From NCBI GenBank assembly GCA_021796295.1, contig JAJYIA010000002.1, positions 1-41,250 on the forward strand: a stretch of DNA of 41,250 nucleotides, given 5' to 3'. The notes beneath the pieces were generated by a model, which was not told the DNA's origin, did no database searches, and saw nothing but the letters and a program-made list of their open reading frames with translations. The DNA comes from Candidatus Micrarchaeota archaeon. GTDB taxonomy: Archaea > Micrarchaeota > Micrarchaeia > Micrarchaeales > CABMGC01. A program made the translations under genes and the position numbers. The stretch's first letter is position 1. Every line of letters begins with the position of its first letter. Of the stretch, positions 18,340 to 28,357 are shown piece after piece.

Positions 18340-19116
18340 TCAACCAGTGATAGTGTCAATTATCGATTTCGGATCTGAGGCTATGCCGTAGGTCTTCCTG
18401 AAATAGGCAGAGATATTCTTTATATCCCTTTCCAGATACTCGCCAGATTTGGGATGGTCCACAACCACTGCCTGGCCGAAGTCTATCATGTACGGAGTCT
18501 CGTTTCTTATGAGTATGTTGTACTCGCTAAGGTCTGCATGCACAAGGCCGTGTTCGTAAAGTCTTTTTGTATCGGATATGATTGTCTTGAAGGTTTCCTC
18601 AGGCCTTTGAAGGCGCGCTAATTTCATACTCCTCGAAGGCCTGTCTGAATCTGTTATTAGCTCCATTGCAAGGATATTGCCACTGAAAAAATACGGCAGC
18701 GGCGCATGTATGCCTGCATTTGCCGCAATCTTAAGGTTTCCGTATTCCTTTTTGCACCACGTCGCAACCATCTCATAGCCGTTGCCCCTGACCTTTCCAA
18801 AGCGCGGGTCTCCTGCCAGATACTCTTTCCTGCGCACAAAGCCCGTTGTCTCTATCCTGAATATCTTGACAGCAACAAATGCGCTTGATGGGCTTATTGC
18901 GCTGCCTGCTTCTGCAACATATACGTCTGACTCCTTGCCCTCTGCAATGATGAAGCCCAGGCTGGCGATTATATTGTGGGAGAAGAGGCGCCTGAGCTTG
19001 AGCATCGTAGGTATGTCGAACACGCCCTCCTCGATCTTCTTCTGCTCCTTAAGCATGAAGTCCTCGCGAAGCGGCATTTTCCTTCTTGTACGCCTTCTGG
19101 CCACTATAAACACCAA
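18340..19116 (-). CDS. rio1: RIO1-family serine protein kinase
   Basis: GKESDVY, AVKIFR, KEYGNL, LVHADLSEYNIL and IDFGQAV motifs. Confidence 0.93.
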   Translation of the reverse strand: MVFIVARRRTRRKMPLREDFMLKEQKKIEEGVFDIPTMLKLRRLFSHNIIASLGFIIAEGKESDVYVAEAGSAISPSSAFVAVKIFRIETTGFVRRKEYLAGDPRFGKVRGNGYEMVATWCKKEYGNLKIAANAGIHAPLPYFFSGNILAMELITDSDRPSRSMKLARLQRPEETFKTIISDTKRLYEHGLVHADLSEYNILIRNETPYMIDFGQAVVVDHPKSGEYLERDIKNISAYFRKTYGIASDPKSIIDTITG

Positions 19117-19338
19117 ACCATATGAATAATGATGCTACACTCTTGCTATTATTCCTTTCGCAGCAGGCGCAGCATCAAGCAGAGGAGTGATCATAAGGCG
19201 AGCAGGAAATTCATGATTTGAATCGTGGGATGGGAGCACCCAGAAAGGAGGACATATAAACCTTGATGCATACAAATCATAGTTGCCATGTAAACGGCAT
19301 GCGAATTCAGGGCGTACACTTTAAGCAGGTTAACGTCT

Positions 19339-19920
19339 ATGGAAATTATGGCCTTTCTTAGCGCGATGAAAAAAGAGCTGCGTGAAGTCAACTATGGTGA
19401 TTTTCACGTAAACCTTGCACAGCTATCAGACAATTATTACCATAATGCAGATGCGGCAATACTGGCAGACAGAAGCATTGCGGCAGCGGAGATGAATGAC
19501 CTTTTTTGCAGGATGGAGAAGAAGGCGGATCCCATGGCGATCATAGAGAGGCGCTTCTTGAGGGGGCTTGTTGAGTTCGCGCAGACTGGCAACCCGCCGC
19601 TGAAATGCAGAAGCCTGGACGCCTCATTATTCATGGACAGCTGGGGCAATGTTTATCCATCCATAATGTGGAATTACAAGATAGGCAACATACGTGATAC
19701 GGATTATGGGCTTGAAAAGCTCTGGAATGGAGAATTGGCTGCCGAAGCAAGAAGCATGATAGGCAGCAGCAGAGATCCTAAGCACTGGACGTCCTGCGAG
19801 GCGTACCAGTCAATAATAGGCAGTGCCGTCTTGCCTATTAAAAGACATCCCAGACCAGATATAACCGATGTGGACGGGCAGAGTAATGCCCATGTGCAGA
19901 ACGAGCTGCGGAATACTTGA
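19339..19920 (+). pseudogene. C-terminal (SPASM-like) part of a radical SAM protein; N-terminus missing
   Basis: C.....SLFMDSWGNVYP...IGNIRD...LEKLW...WTSCEAYQSI; no CxxxCxxC motif upstream. Confidence 0.6.
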
Positions 19921-19925
19921 TTTTT

Positions 19926-20729
19926 ATGAAAGTTGATATAGTATTTGCATTTATGCTTGCGCTTCTCAGCGCAGGCATGCTCAATGCGGGAACGGTCTCG
20001 CTCACAGGCACATGCAGCCATGCTCTCGGCAGCAACACAGTAGTCTTTAGTCTTTCCAACAGTGGCAACGACAGCGCTTACAGCGTGCATGTGCTTCCAA
20101 CCATAAAGGATGCCACAGCAGTAGGCACATCTTATGATATAGGCGTCCTCGGACCCAACAGCTCCTCGACAACAGGCGTAAACCTTACAAATGTGTATGC
20201 AAGGGGCACCTATGCCGACTATTTCACTGTGGCTTATCAGCAGGGCAGCCAGACATTCATTGCGCTCTTTCCCTGTCTGCTTGATTTTGGCACAACAGCA
20301 AACAGCAGCATCCTGCTCTCATATAACATAACATACAGTGGCGGCAGGGAGATTATAGCAGTGAATGCCCTGAACGCCGGTGACAGTGAACTTGATGCAA
20401 CAATATACCCAATACTGCCACCGTCCTTTTCTTATATCTCCAACAGATCAGAAAATGTCAGGATAATGCCGCTGAAATACGCAACAGCCAGATTCATTGT
20501 GGAGCCTGAAAGCTCAGGCGCCTCCTATTCCGGAGCCGTCACTGCAACGTATGCCTTCAACGGCACAGACTATGCGACGCTTTCCACGCTTACGCTCACT
20601 GAAAAAGGCAGCTCAGGCGGCATTGTTTATGTGCCGCTGTTCATAGCCGCAGCTGCAGTGGTGCTTATCCTTGCGCTTATACTGCGCATTGCCCTGAAAG
20701 GGAGAAAAAAGAAAAAGAGCACCAGATAA
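19926..20729 (+). CDS. Secreted, C-terminally anchored surface protein
   Basis: Signal peptide, Ser/Thr/Asn-rich beta-type body with N-glycosylation sequons, C-terminal TM helix and KGRKKKK tail. Confidence 0.75.
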   Translation: MKVDIVFAFMLALLSAGMLNAGTVSLTGTCSHALGSNTVVFSLSNSGNDSAYSVHVLPTIKDATAVGTSYDIGVLGPNSSSTTGVNLTNVYARGTYADYFTVAYQQGSQTFIALFPCLLDFGTTANSSILLSYNITYSGGREIIAVNALNAGDSELDATIYPILPPSFSYISNRSENVRIMPLKYATARFIVEPESSGASYSGAVTATYAFNGTDYATLSTLTLTEKGSSGGIVYVPLFIAAAAVVLILALILRIALKGRKKKKSTR

Positions 20730-20735
20730 GTCAGC

Positions 20736-22457
20736 TTATGCTGCTTCCTTGTTCTCCACGTAGTAGCCGTTAAGGAACATATGCCTTGTCTTTGTTTTCT
20801 TCATTGTGTAGAGTGCATCTTCAGGGCTGAGCACTATGGGCATGCCATGTATATTGAAGCTCGTGTTAAGAACTACTCCGTATCCAGTCTTTTTCCTTAT
20901 GCCCTGCAGGAGCCTCCTGTAATCCCTGTTCTCATTCTCAAGCATCTGCGGCCTTGCAGTCATGTCAATGTGCACTACAGACTTCATGATCTGGCTTTGC
21001 TCTTCCCTGACCCTGTATGCAGTAGTCATGAACCTGTCGTAGGTCTTCACAGAATGAAGGAGCCTTGGAGCATCTTCCTTGAGCATTGACGGCGCAAATG
21101 GCTGGTACCATTCCCGTTTTTTGACATATAGGTTCAGCCTGTCCTTGACATCATCCGAACCTGAAGCAGCAAGTATGCTCCTGTTTCCCAGAGCTCTCGG
21201 CCCGTATTCCATGCGGCCGTTGAACCAGAAGACGTATTCCCCATGAGTTATAAGATCTGCGGCATGCCTCGGCGCATCGCTATCCTCTTCATATTTGATG
21301 CCTTTCGTGCCTTTCAGCGCATCCTTTACTCTGGCTGTGCTGTATTCGTTGCCCAGGTATGCGCCTTCGAACGGATATGCTGATGTTCCGTTAAGCATGT
21401 AGTTTGCGTACAATGCAGAGCCCAGTGCAAGCCCGCCGTCGCCCATGTGGGGGAAGATGTACATATCCTTAAGGCCACCGAGATTGCGTGCTTTCATGTT
21501 TGCCTTGACGTTCGACATTACTCCGCCTGCGAATGCCACTGCACCTATGCCGAACTCCTTTATTGCGCTGTCCACAAATTTTGTAAGCATTCGCTCAAGA
21601 AGCTGCTGCGCCATGTATGAGAATTGCTCCCTGGGCATGGACCATGCTATCCTGCTGAGCAGGTCGTACTGTTTCAGCGGCCCATACCTTGCTTTTATTC
21701 TTAAGCCGTCAAGGGTGAAGAAATCCTTCAGCCTGTTCTCCCCAAAGCTGAATGGGTATGAGTAGTCGGCCATGGCCATGACCTTGCCTTCATCCTCAAG
21801 CTCGCGCATGCCCACTATGTTGGTCACCTGCTCGTAGAATATGCCTATAGAATCCTTTGCAGGTATTGTATAGTGGCGCCTTAGCCTGCCCTTTGAGAAT
21901 GTGCTTACTGTGCCGCTGAGGCCGTCTCCAAGGCCGTCAAGCGTTATGACAAGAGCCTTCCTGAATCCAGAGGTAAAAGCAGCAGTAGCAGCATGGGCGG
22001 TATGATGCTCTATTGCATAGAGCCTGAATTTCTCAAACCCCATATGCCTGAGCTCCTTCCTCACTGCGGCCTCGCTGATGCCTCGGCACAATGGAAGAAC
22101 GCCTACCCCTGTCATTGAATATTTTGCATAGTGCCTGAGCGACTCTAGCCTTGGCCTGGACATTTTCCTTCTTCTGAACAGATAATACGACTCTTTTTGC
22201 CAGGGAAAGACGCGTGATAGGGTCTTTGTAAATTCTGTTGTGGAGAATGCCACGGCGTCTATGTCCCTTGGGCTTATTCCAGATGCAGAAAGCGCGGCGA
22301 TTATTGAATTCCTGGGAAATGCCACCTCCAGCTTCCTTTTTGTATAGCGCTCTTCGTTTGCAGCAAAAAGTATCCTCCCGTCTTCAAGAAGTGCAGCTCC
22401 AGAGTCGTGGCCGTCCCATATGCCAAGTATATACACATTGACCCCTTTATCCAACAT
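20736..22457 (-). CDS. Carbamoyltransferase (NodU/CmcH family)
   Basis: GHDSGAAL, EERYTKRK, EHHTAHA, EGKVMAMA, EYGPRALGNRS, RPQ and LNTSFNIHG motifs. Confidence 0.92.
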   Translation of the reverse strand: MLDKGVNVYILGIWDGHDSGAALLEDGRILFAANEERYTKRKLEVAFPRNSIIAALSASGISPRDIDAVAFSTTEFTKTLSRVFPWQKESYYLFRRRKMSRPRLESLRHYAKYSMTGVGVLPLCRGISEAAVRKELRHMGFEKFRLYAIEHHTAHAATAAFTSGFRKALVITLDGLGDGLSGTVSTFSKGRLRRHYTIPAKDSIGIFYEQVTNIVGMRELEDEGKVMAMADYSYPFSFGENRLKDFFTLDGLRIKARYGPLKQYDLLSRIAWSMPREQFSYMAQQLLERMLTKFVDSAIKEFGIGAVAFAGGVMSNVKANMKARNLGGLKDMYIFPHMGDGGLALGSALYANYMLNGTSAYPFEGAYLGNEYSTARVKDALKGTKGIKYEEDSDAPRHAADLITHGEYVFWFNGRMEYGPRALGNRSILAASGSDDVKDRLNLYVKKREWYQPFAPSMLKEDAPRLLHSVKTYDRFMTTAYRVREEQSQIMKSVVHIDMTARPQMLENENRDYRRLLQGIRKKTGYGVVLNTSFNIHGMPIVLSPEDALYTMKKTKTRHMFLNGYYVENKEAA

Positions 22458-22508
22458 ACCATATTCTTCCTATCAGGTTTTTATAGCTATTTGGTGAATA
22501 GAGTAGTG

Positions 22509-22673
22509 ATGAGCATGCCCACATTGTCCACACCGCAGTCGCAGGCCGGGGTCCTTAGCTTTTATGATGCTCCGGAGAAAGGACCGCGCATGAATGCAAG
22601 GATATTTCTTGTGGGGGTCTTCCTCTTCTCCATACTGATAATAATATTCGATCATTTCGTGGCATACAAATAG
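22509..22673 (+). CDS. secG: Preprotein translocase subunit Sec61beta
   Basis: PQSQAGVLSFYD...GPRMNA followed by a single TM helix. Confidence 0.85.
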   Translation: MSMPTLSTPQSQAGVLSFYDAPEKGPRMNARIFLVGVFLFSILIIIFDHFVAYK

Positions 22674-22674
22674 G

Positions 22675-23613
22675 TCATGCAGGTGCAAAGAAATCCCTGC
22701 GCTTTTCCCTTACGTCGCCGTATTCTGAGAGCAGGTATAATATGGCCCGTGCTCCATCCTCCTTTAATCCCGCATCTTTCGCTATGTCTGCAACACGGCC
22801 CTTGCCTTCGCCTATGCTCTTCAGAATTCTGTCATTATGTTTGTTGAAGAACCACCGCGTGGATATATAAAATTTCCTGTTGAACGCTCGCGTGCCGAGG
22901 ATCTGGCCGCGGCGTATGCTCTCCTCTACGGTAAGTGAGAGCGCTGCGGCCTCGGCTTCTGTAGTCACAACCACAAAGCCTGCGCTCTTCAGCTCTCTTG
23001 AAAGATCGCTCTCGCTGCTCACTGAAAGGTGCTGTCTTGGCTCTGCCTTTACAGGACCTGTGATGTCGCTCTGAGGATGTGGCTGCGGCTTCTTTCCCTT
23101 CCTCATGAGGAATCTGTCGTATATTGTTTTTGCTATGCTGTATACGCCTCCGCTGCCATTAGCTGGGAAGATGACCACGGCCTTCTTTTTTATAAGCCCC
23201 TGGAGTATCTCTTTCTCCCTTGCGTTGAGGCGCTTGCCTACCTCCTCTATTGTGCGCTGCTTGTAGCGCAGCGTGTCCAGCACCTTAAGCACAGCCAATT
23301 CGCTGTCGGATATATCAGCCGCAGGCGCCCTTTTTTCAGGCTCACGTGGTGAAGGTTCCCTTGCTGCTTCCCATGCGCTCTGATCTCTGGCAGCCGGCTT
23401 TCCCATAAGCATGCTTGCGACATCAGACTTCTTTGAAAAGAGGAATGCCTTCTCGCTGTACCTGAAGAAATCAACCTCGTCGTCCTCCTTTAGGTCCAGC
23501 CCCTTTATAACTTCGAACGGCACGTTTATGGCAAGCTTGTTGTTGCTTTTGTAAACCTTCACTAAACCACCATTTTTAAATAGATACCTCCCAATACTAT
23601 TATGCGCAACCAA
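22675..23613 (-). CDS. Hypothetical protein with AbrB-like N-terminus and wHTH-like segments; start uncertain
   Basis: LAINVPFEVIKGLDLKEDDEVDF (AbrB-like) and C-terminal VADIAKDAGL..ARAILYLL..GDV. Confidence 0.6.
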   Translation of the reverse strand: MVAHNSIGRYLFKNGGLVKVYKSNNKLAINVPFEVIKGLDLKEDDEVDFFRYSEKAFLFSKKSDVASMLMGKPAARDQSAWEAAREPSPREPEKRAPAADISDSELAVLKVLDTLRYKQRTIEEVGKRLNAREKEILQGLIKKKAVVIFPANGSGGVYSIAKTIYDRFLMRKGKKPQPHPQSDITGPVKAEPRQHLSVSSESDLSRELKSAGFVVVTTEAEAAALSLTVEESIRRGQILGTRAFNRKFYISTRWFFNKHNDRILKSIGEGKGRVADIAKDAGLKEDGARAILYLLSEYGDVREKRRDFFAPA

Positions 23614-25167
23614 GGTTTAAAAGGGTTTGTAGCACTTCGCAGCGGGGCATTCTGCGCTGCAGATATGAAAGCTGTAGAGATGAACTGCGCAGCTTTGGGG
23701 ATAGGTGCCGCAGAGCTCATGGAGAATGCAGCGCATGCAGTTTCTGATTTCATATCTAAGAGCATAGAACCAGGAAGCAATATACTTGTGTTTGCAGGCA
23801 GAGGCAACAACGGAGGTGACGGGGCCACAAGCGCAAGGCACCTCATGAGAGATTACAACGTCACTGTAGCGTTCCTCAATGGCGTAAAAGACATGAGAGA
23901 AGGCCCGGCAAGGGCTAACGCAGAAATCATGGCCTCTAGCAGATTCGCAAATGTGCTTGAGAACGTTTCTGAGATGGATTACAAAGAATTGTCTGCGCTT
24001 ATGACCGGGAACGATGTCATCATCGATGCCATATTCGGTACAGGGTTCAGCGGCAGTATGCCAAGATGGGCAGGGCGTGTCATAGAGGGCATAAACAGAT
24101 ACAGAAAAGGCCACAGTGTTACTGTGATCTCGGTCGACCTGCCTTCAGGCATGGATGCAGACCTTGGCCCGGGAAAGGATATGGTGGATGCAGATTACAC
24201 GCTGACGTTTCACAGGACAAAAAAAGGGCTTCTCGGAACTAAAAATAAGGTCAGGATATGCAGCATAGGCATACCACCAGATGCAGAGCTTTTCTGCGGG
24301 CCGGGAGACGCATGGAAGGCCGTGCAGCCGAGAAGGCTTGAAAGCAGCAAAAGGGACAATGGCACAGTGCTGCTTATAGGAGGAAGCAGTGCGTATCATG
24401 GGGCCCCTTCTTCTGCTGCTGCGGCGGCATATGAAACGCTTGCAGCGCTGAGGACAGGCGCTGGCTATGCCAAGCTCTATGTGCCTGAGAGCATAAAACT
24501 GCTTGCAATGCAGGCATCGCCGAACATCATAGTAGGCAGCATGGGCAGGGACTTTATCGATTACGACTCTGCAGGAAATGCAGTTAAGGACCTTGAAAGG
24601 GCCGACGCCATTGTGCTCGGGATGGGCATTGGAAGAAATGAGAAAACAATCGATGCTGTAAGAAGGCTAGTTTCAATGGCTGGAAGGCTAGGCAAAAAGA
24701 CAGTGCTGGATGCAGATGCCCTTTATGCAATAAAAGGCATGCGCATGCCAGGCCACGGCTTCGTGCTGACCCCCCATGCAGGGGAGATGCTTGCGCTTTC
24801 AGGAAAGGATCTTAAAGATGCGCCTCTTGAGGAAAAAATAAGGCAGGTAATAGGCGCTGCAAAGAAGCTCAACGCAACCATCGTGCTCAAGGGTCACGAG
24901 AGCGTGATAAGCGACGGCAAGGCGCTCAGGGTCAACAGAGCTGGGTCATCTGCTCTTGCGACGATGGGCACAGGAGACATACTTTCCGGCATCATAGGGG
25001 GCTATGCAGCCACAGGCGCTGGAGTATTCGATGCAGCTGTTGCTGGAGTATACCTGCATTCGCGCATAGGCGACACACTTGCAGTGAAAAGGGGCAACCA
25101 CATACTTGCAATTGACATTCTTGAGCGCATTCCTGATGTAGCCAGGGAGTTCGATAAAAACATATAG
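23602..25167 (+). CDS. nnr: Bifunctional NAD(P)HX epimerase/dehydratase; start uncertain
   Basis: LMENAA, GNNGGDG, DAIFGTG, VDLPSG, VLDADA, TPHAGE and GTGDILSG motifs. Confidence 0.93.
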   Translation: MRNQGLKGFVALRSGAFCAADMKAVEMNCAALGIGAAELMENAAHAVSDFISKSIEPGSNILVFAGRGNNGGDGATSARHLMRDYNVTVAFLNGVKDMREGPARANAEIMASSRFANVLENVSEMDYKELSALMTGNDVIIDAIFGTGFSGSMPRWAGRVIEGINRYRKGHSVTVISVDLPSGMDADLGPGKDMVDADYTLTFHRTKKGLLGTKNKVRICSIGIPPDAELFCGPGDAWKAVQPRRLESSKRDNGTVLLIGGSSAYHGAPSSAAAAAYETLAALRTGAGYAKLYVPESIKLLAMQASPNIIVGSMGRDFIDYDSAGNAVKDLERADAIVLGMGIGRNEKTIDAVRRLVSMAGRLGKKTVLDADALYAIKGMRMPGHGFVLTPHAGEMLALSGKDLKDAPLEEKIRQVIGAAKKLNATIVLKGHESVISDGKALRVNRAGSSALATMGTGDILSGIIGGYAATGAGVFDAAVAGVYLHSRIGDTLAVKRGNHILAIDILERIPDVAREFDKNI

Positions 25168-25196
25168 TATTATATAGATTGTCTGAAACAGAATAA

Positions 25197-25730
25197 ATGG
25201 CGTGGAGCATGAAAGAGGATTCGGAGGATGCAATAAAGGTAAGCAGCAAAACAGAATCAAATAAGGCTATCGAGTTCAGGCAGAGTGTGGTTGAGATAGC
25301 TGCACCCATGGCGTTCTGGACCTTCCTTCTTCTTGCTGCGCTTGCAGCTAAGACCCTCGCGGCCTCAGGGATAATAACAAGCGGATATATGCTGAAGGCT
25401 ATGGCTACCTACTCGGGCTTTATTCTCTCTTCATCAGGTATGATTGTGCTGCCTCTCATAGTAGGCGCGATCGTTGGCGCAGAGGTGGGAAACGGCGCTG
25501 GCAGGCTTACAGAGGCTGCAAAGGCCGGACTGCTGAACGGAGTCTATGCGGCCATGATATACTCCCTAATAATACTCATCATATATGAGGTACTATTATA
25601 TGCTGCTCCTGTAGTTGTGCCGGCAAAGGCACTTATACTGAACCAGTGGATTGCTGTGCCAGTCGTTGTGCTTGTGTCACTCTCGGAGATCTTCGCTCTT
25701 GTGTCTCACGCAAGGAGGATGGGCAGCTGA
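25197..25730 (+). CDS. Hypothetical membrane protein (about 4 TM)
   Basis: Several hydrophobic helices. Confidence 0.65.
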   Translation: MAWSMKEDSEDAIKVSSKTESNKAIEFRQSVVEIAAPMAFWTFLLLAALAAKTLAASGIITSGYMLKAMATYSGFILSSSGMIVLPLIVGAIVGAEVGNGAGRLTEAAKAGLLNGVYAAMIYSLIILIIYEVLLYAAPVVVPAKALILNQWIAVPVVVLVSLSEIFALVSHARRMGS

Positions 25731-25748
25731 GAGCAGCGGCAGGGCGCC

Positions 25749-27455
25749 TTATGTTGAATGCGTTGAATTGACATCTATGATGTAGAGCGAGACGTTTGCG
25801 CTCAGGCCCACGTTCTCAGTGGCAATGGATGACAGGGCGTGGGTATCAAGGATATTGCTGCATGTTGTATTGTGATATGGCGGCACCACGCACCAGTATC
25901 CATAATCGAATACAAGGCAGCTGAAATGCCTGTACATAAACGCATTTTCAGATATGTAGCTTATCTGCGCTGAGCTCCTGTTTAGCCCATACCATACATC
26001 AGGCGTGAATGAGAAGACAAGGCAGTTGGACGGCACCTTCTGGTAGTTGTTGTATATGAACGTTACAGAATGCGCTATTCCATACTGGAGTTGGGTATTC
26101 TGCGGGTTCTGTGACGTTATAGGGAAGAGGAGAAGCAAGGGTATAAGCGAAACGACGAGAAAGAGCGCAGAGTATGCCATTACTGATAATCTCCTGCCAA
26201 GCCTGAAGCGGCGCTGCGCTGCCTCAGAAATTTCGTATATGGCTATTGATGCAAGGATGACAAGGCCGGGGACAAGCTGGAGCATGAACCTGCTATCGAC
26301 GCCGAAGGTTGCCGCTCCGGCGTAGAAAAAGCCGTAGAAGAGGAAGTATAGCAAGAACCACCCCAACAAGAGGAGGAGCATACCCCATCTGTTTTTAATG
26401 CGCCTGTCGAATGCGAGGAAAATGCCCCCTGCGACAGCGAAGATCGTAACCGTCTCAGGAAAAATCGAGGGGTACATTGTTGATATGTTGAATGCACCTA
26501 AAAGGAACGAGATGTTTGCATTTGCATTGTGGGCGAAATTTGAGAATGAGAAGAGCTTCTGTGACGTATATGACTGACCGTAGTTGCCTGTGCTCAGCTC
26601 ATTGCCCAGGTAGTAAAACTGGGGAAGCAGAAGGAGTATAAAGGCGAGAAGCGCGGCAAGGAATAGTGCATTGTTTGAAAAATGCTTGGTTGCCACCTTT
26701 ATACGCGCTGATGCCGTCTTTCTCATGCCTTTCTCACCATATACAAGCGAAAGCAGCAGTATTAGCGGGAGCAGAAGCATGGCCTCACTGCGCACATATG
26801 CAAGGAGTACAAGGCTTGAGATAAGGATTCCGAATGTCTTTATGTTTCTCCTATTTACGAAAATCAGCATTGATATGAATGCAAGAATTGAGAGCATCAT
26901 GAAAGGCAAGTCAAGCACTGCTTCTGTTCTTGCCCAGATAAAAAGCAGCGGCATGGTTGCGAGCATAAAGGATGAGAGCACGGCTATCCTCTTTTTCTGC
27001 GTGAGCAGTGCTGTGAGAATGAAGATAAGGAGTATGGACAATGCGCCTACAAAAAGCTGAAGTGCGTGGGCCGTGCCTCTCCCTGCTCCGAAGATTGCAA
27101 AGGCCATTGCTATGAAGAATGCCCACTCGACAGGGTCGTGGTAGAGCGCAGAATTGAAGCACTGCGCCACATTCCCGGTTCCGTACTGGCACCACAGCGC
27201 ATTCCAGTGGTGAAGTATGTTGAGCGCTACGCCCTGGTATATGTTCTCATCGAAATAAAGCTGCTCTGTGGGCCTTACAAAAAGAAGCGATATTATCACA
27301 AAGAATAGCGCTGCGATGAGGGCCATTGAGAGCGAACGCCTATCGATACTGCGCGATAGGAGCCGGGTAATGCCTTTCCTATCGGAAATGAGCAGTGCTA
27401 TGAGAGAAAGAAGCGATATGAACGCTACACTTGGCACTATATAACCAAAAAGCAT
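25749..27455 (-). CDS. GT-C (PMT/GT39-like) membrane glycosyltransferase
   Basis: YFDENIY motif after the first TMs, ~12 TM helices, RFMLQLVP motif, soluble C-terminal domain. Confidence 0.75.
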   Translation of the reverse strand: MLFGYIVPSVAFISLLSLIALLISDRKGITRLLSRSIDRRSLSMALIAALFFVIISLLFVRPTEQLYFDENIYQGVALNILHHWNALWCQYGTGNVAQCFNSALYHDPVEWAFFIAMAFAIFGAGRGTAHALQLFVGALSILLIFILTALLTQKKRIAVLSSFMLATMPLLFIWARTEAVLDLPFMMLSILAFISMLIFVNRRNIKTFGILISSLVLLAYVRSEAMLLLPLILLLSLVYGEKGMRKTASARIKVATKHFSNNALFLAALLAFILLLLPQFYYLGNELSTGNYGQSYTSQKLFSFSNFAHNANANISFLLGAFNISTMYPSIFPETVTIFAVAGGIFLAFDRRIKNRWGMLLLLLGWFLLYFLFYGFFYAGAATFGVDSRFMLQLVPGLVILASIAIYEISEAAQRRFRLGRRLSVMAYSALFLVVSLIPLLLLFPITSQNPQNTQLQYGIAHSVTFIYNNYQKVPSNCLVFSFTPDVWYGLNRSSAQISYISENAFMYRHFSCLVFDYGYWCVVPPYHNTTCSNILDTHALSSIATENVGLSANVSLYIIDVNSTHST

Positions 27456-27492
27456 GCATGCACCCCGGCCGGGATTACGGGATTATCCTGCT

Positions 27493-27738
27493 TTAGCGCG
27501 GCTTGCTGATCTCAGAAACTGCCCTCTCTATTAGCTCTTTGTGCGATCTCTTGAAGATGTAGGTCTTGTACTTCTCCCTCATCATGCTCCACACATAATA
27601 AAATGTGAGGAAGAGGTCAACTGATATGAAAATGAGCGCAACAATCGGCTCAGTCGTAAGCCTCACTACAAGGAAGCCTAAAGCTGCATTGTACAACACG
27701 AATGCAACTATCGCAAGCTTCACTAAGAGGTCTTTCAT
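27493..27738 (-). CDS. Small 2-TM protein, paralog of 27782-28051
   Basis: LYNAALGFLVVRLT...FISVDLFL. Confidence 0.65.
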   Translation of the reverse strand: MKDLLVKLAIVAFVLYNAALGFLVVRLTTEPIVALIFISVDLFLTFYYVWSMMREKYKTYIFKRSHKELIERAVSEISKPR

Positions 27739-27781
27739 CTCGTTACCTCTTTTACCATTACCTCTTTTACCTCACTAGGCA

Positions 27782-28051
27782 TCAAGTGCCTCTTGAGCGC
27801 CTTGCCGCCAGCTGCTTCCTTTTCTCCATCATTCCTGAAACGTGTATCGCAAAGAGGAATATGATTATGTAATCCACTGCTATTATAAGCAGAAGGAGAA
27901 CGCCGCCCAATCCAGAGCCGCTTCTAGCAGTTAACTCTATTATTACGTAACCAAGTATGGTGTTGTATATAAAGAGCAGCAATGTTATCCACTTTGTGCC
28001 TCCCCACCAATTCTTACCATTTACTGGCATCGCTTTTTTTGCGTTTGGCAA
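27782..28051 (-). CDS. Small 2-TM protein, paralog of 27493-27738
   Basis: IYNTILGYVIIELT...IIAVDYII. Confidence 0.65.
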   Translation of the reverse strand: MPNAKKAMPVNGKNWWGGTKWITLLLFIYNTILGYVIIELTARSGSGLGGVLLLLIIAVDYIIIFLFAIHVSGMMEKRKQLAARRSRGT

Positions 28052-28236
28052 ACATATACACCTTTATCTATCCATTCAGATGATATGTATTAATACAAAA
28101 GATAAAGCTTAAAAACCTTATGGAAAGAGATTCTGGTGGCGATGGGATCGAAGCACTATGCGATGGCGTGCAAGACCAGCAATACAGAGAAAGCAATAAA
28201 TGATTATGCAGTTCACTTACATCAAATGGTGAGGGT

Positions 28237-28335
28237 ATGGCTTCGGATCCCATCTGCGGCATGTATATTACTGCAGGGCAAGGCTTACAAACCCCAACGA
28301 AGTTGGGGGAATGCTGTGGTTATTCACAAAGCTGA
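28237..28335 (+). pseudogene. YHS/TRASH metal-binding domain remnant
   Basis: MASDPICGMYI... preceded by a GGTGAGG ribosome-binding site; ends after 32 aa without the FCS..C half. Confidence 0.45.
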
Positions 28336-28357
28336 GCAGTTTCCGCGATTTGGCATT

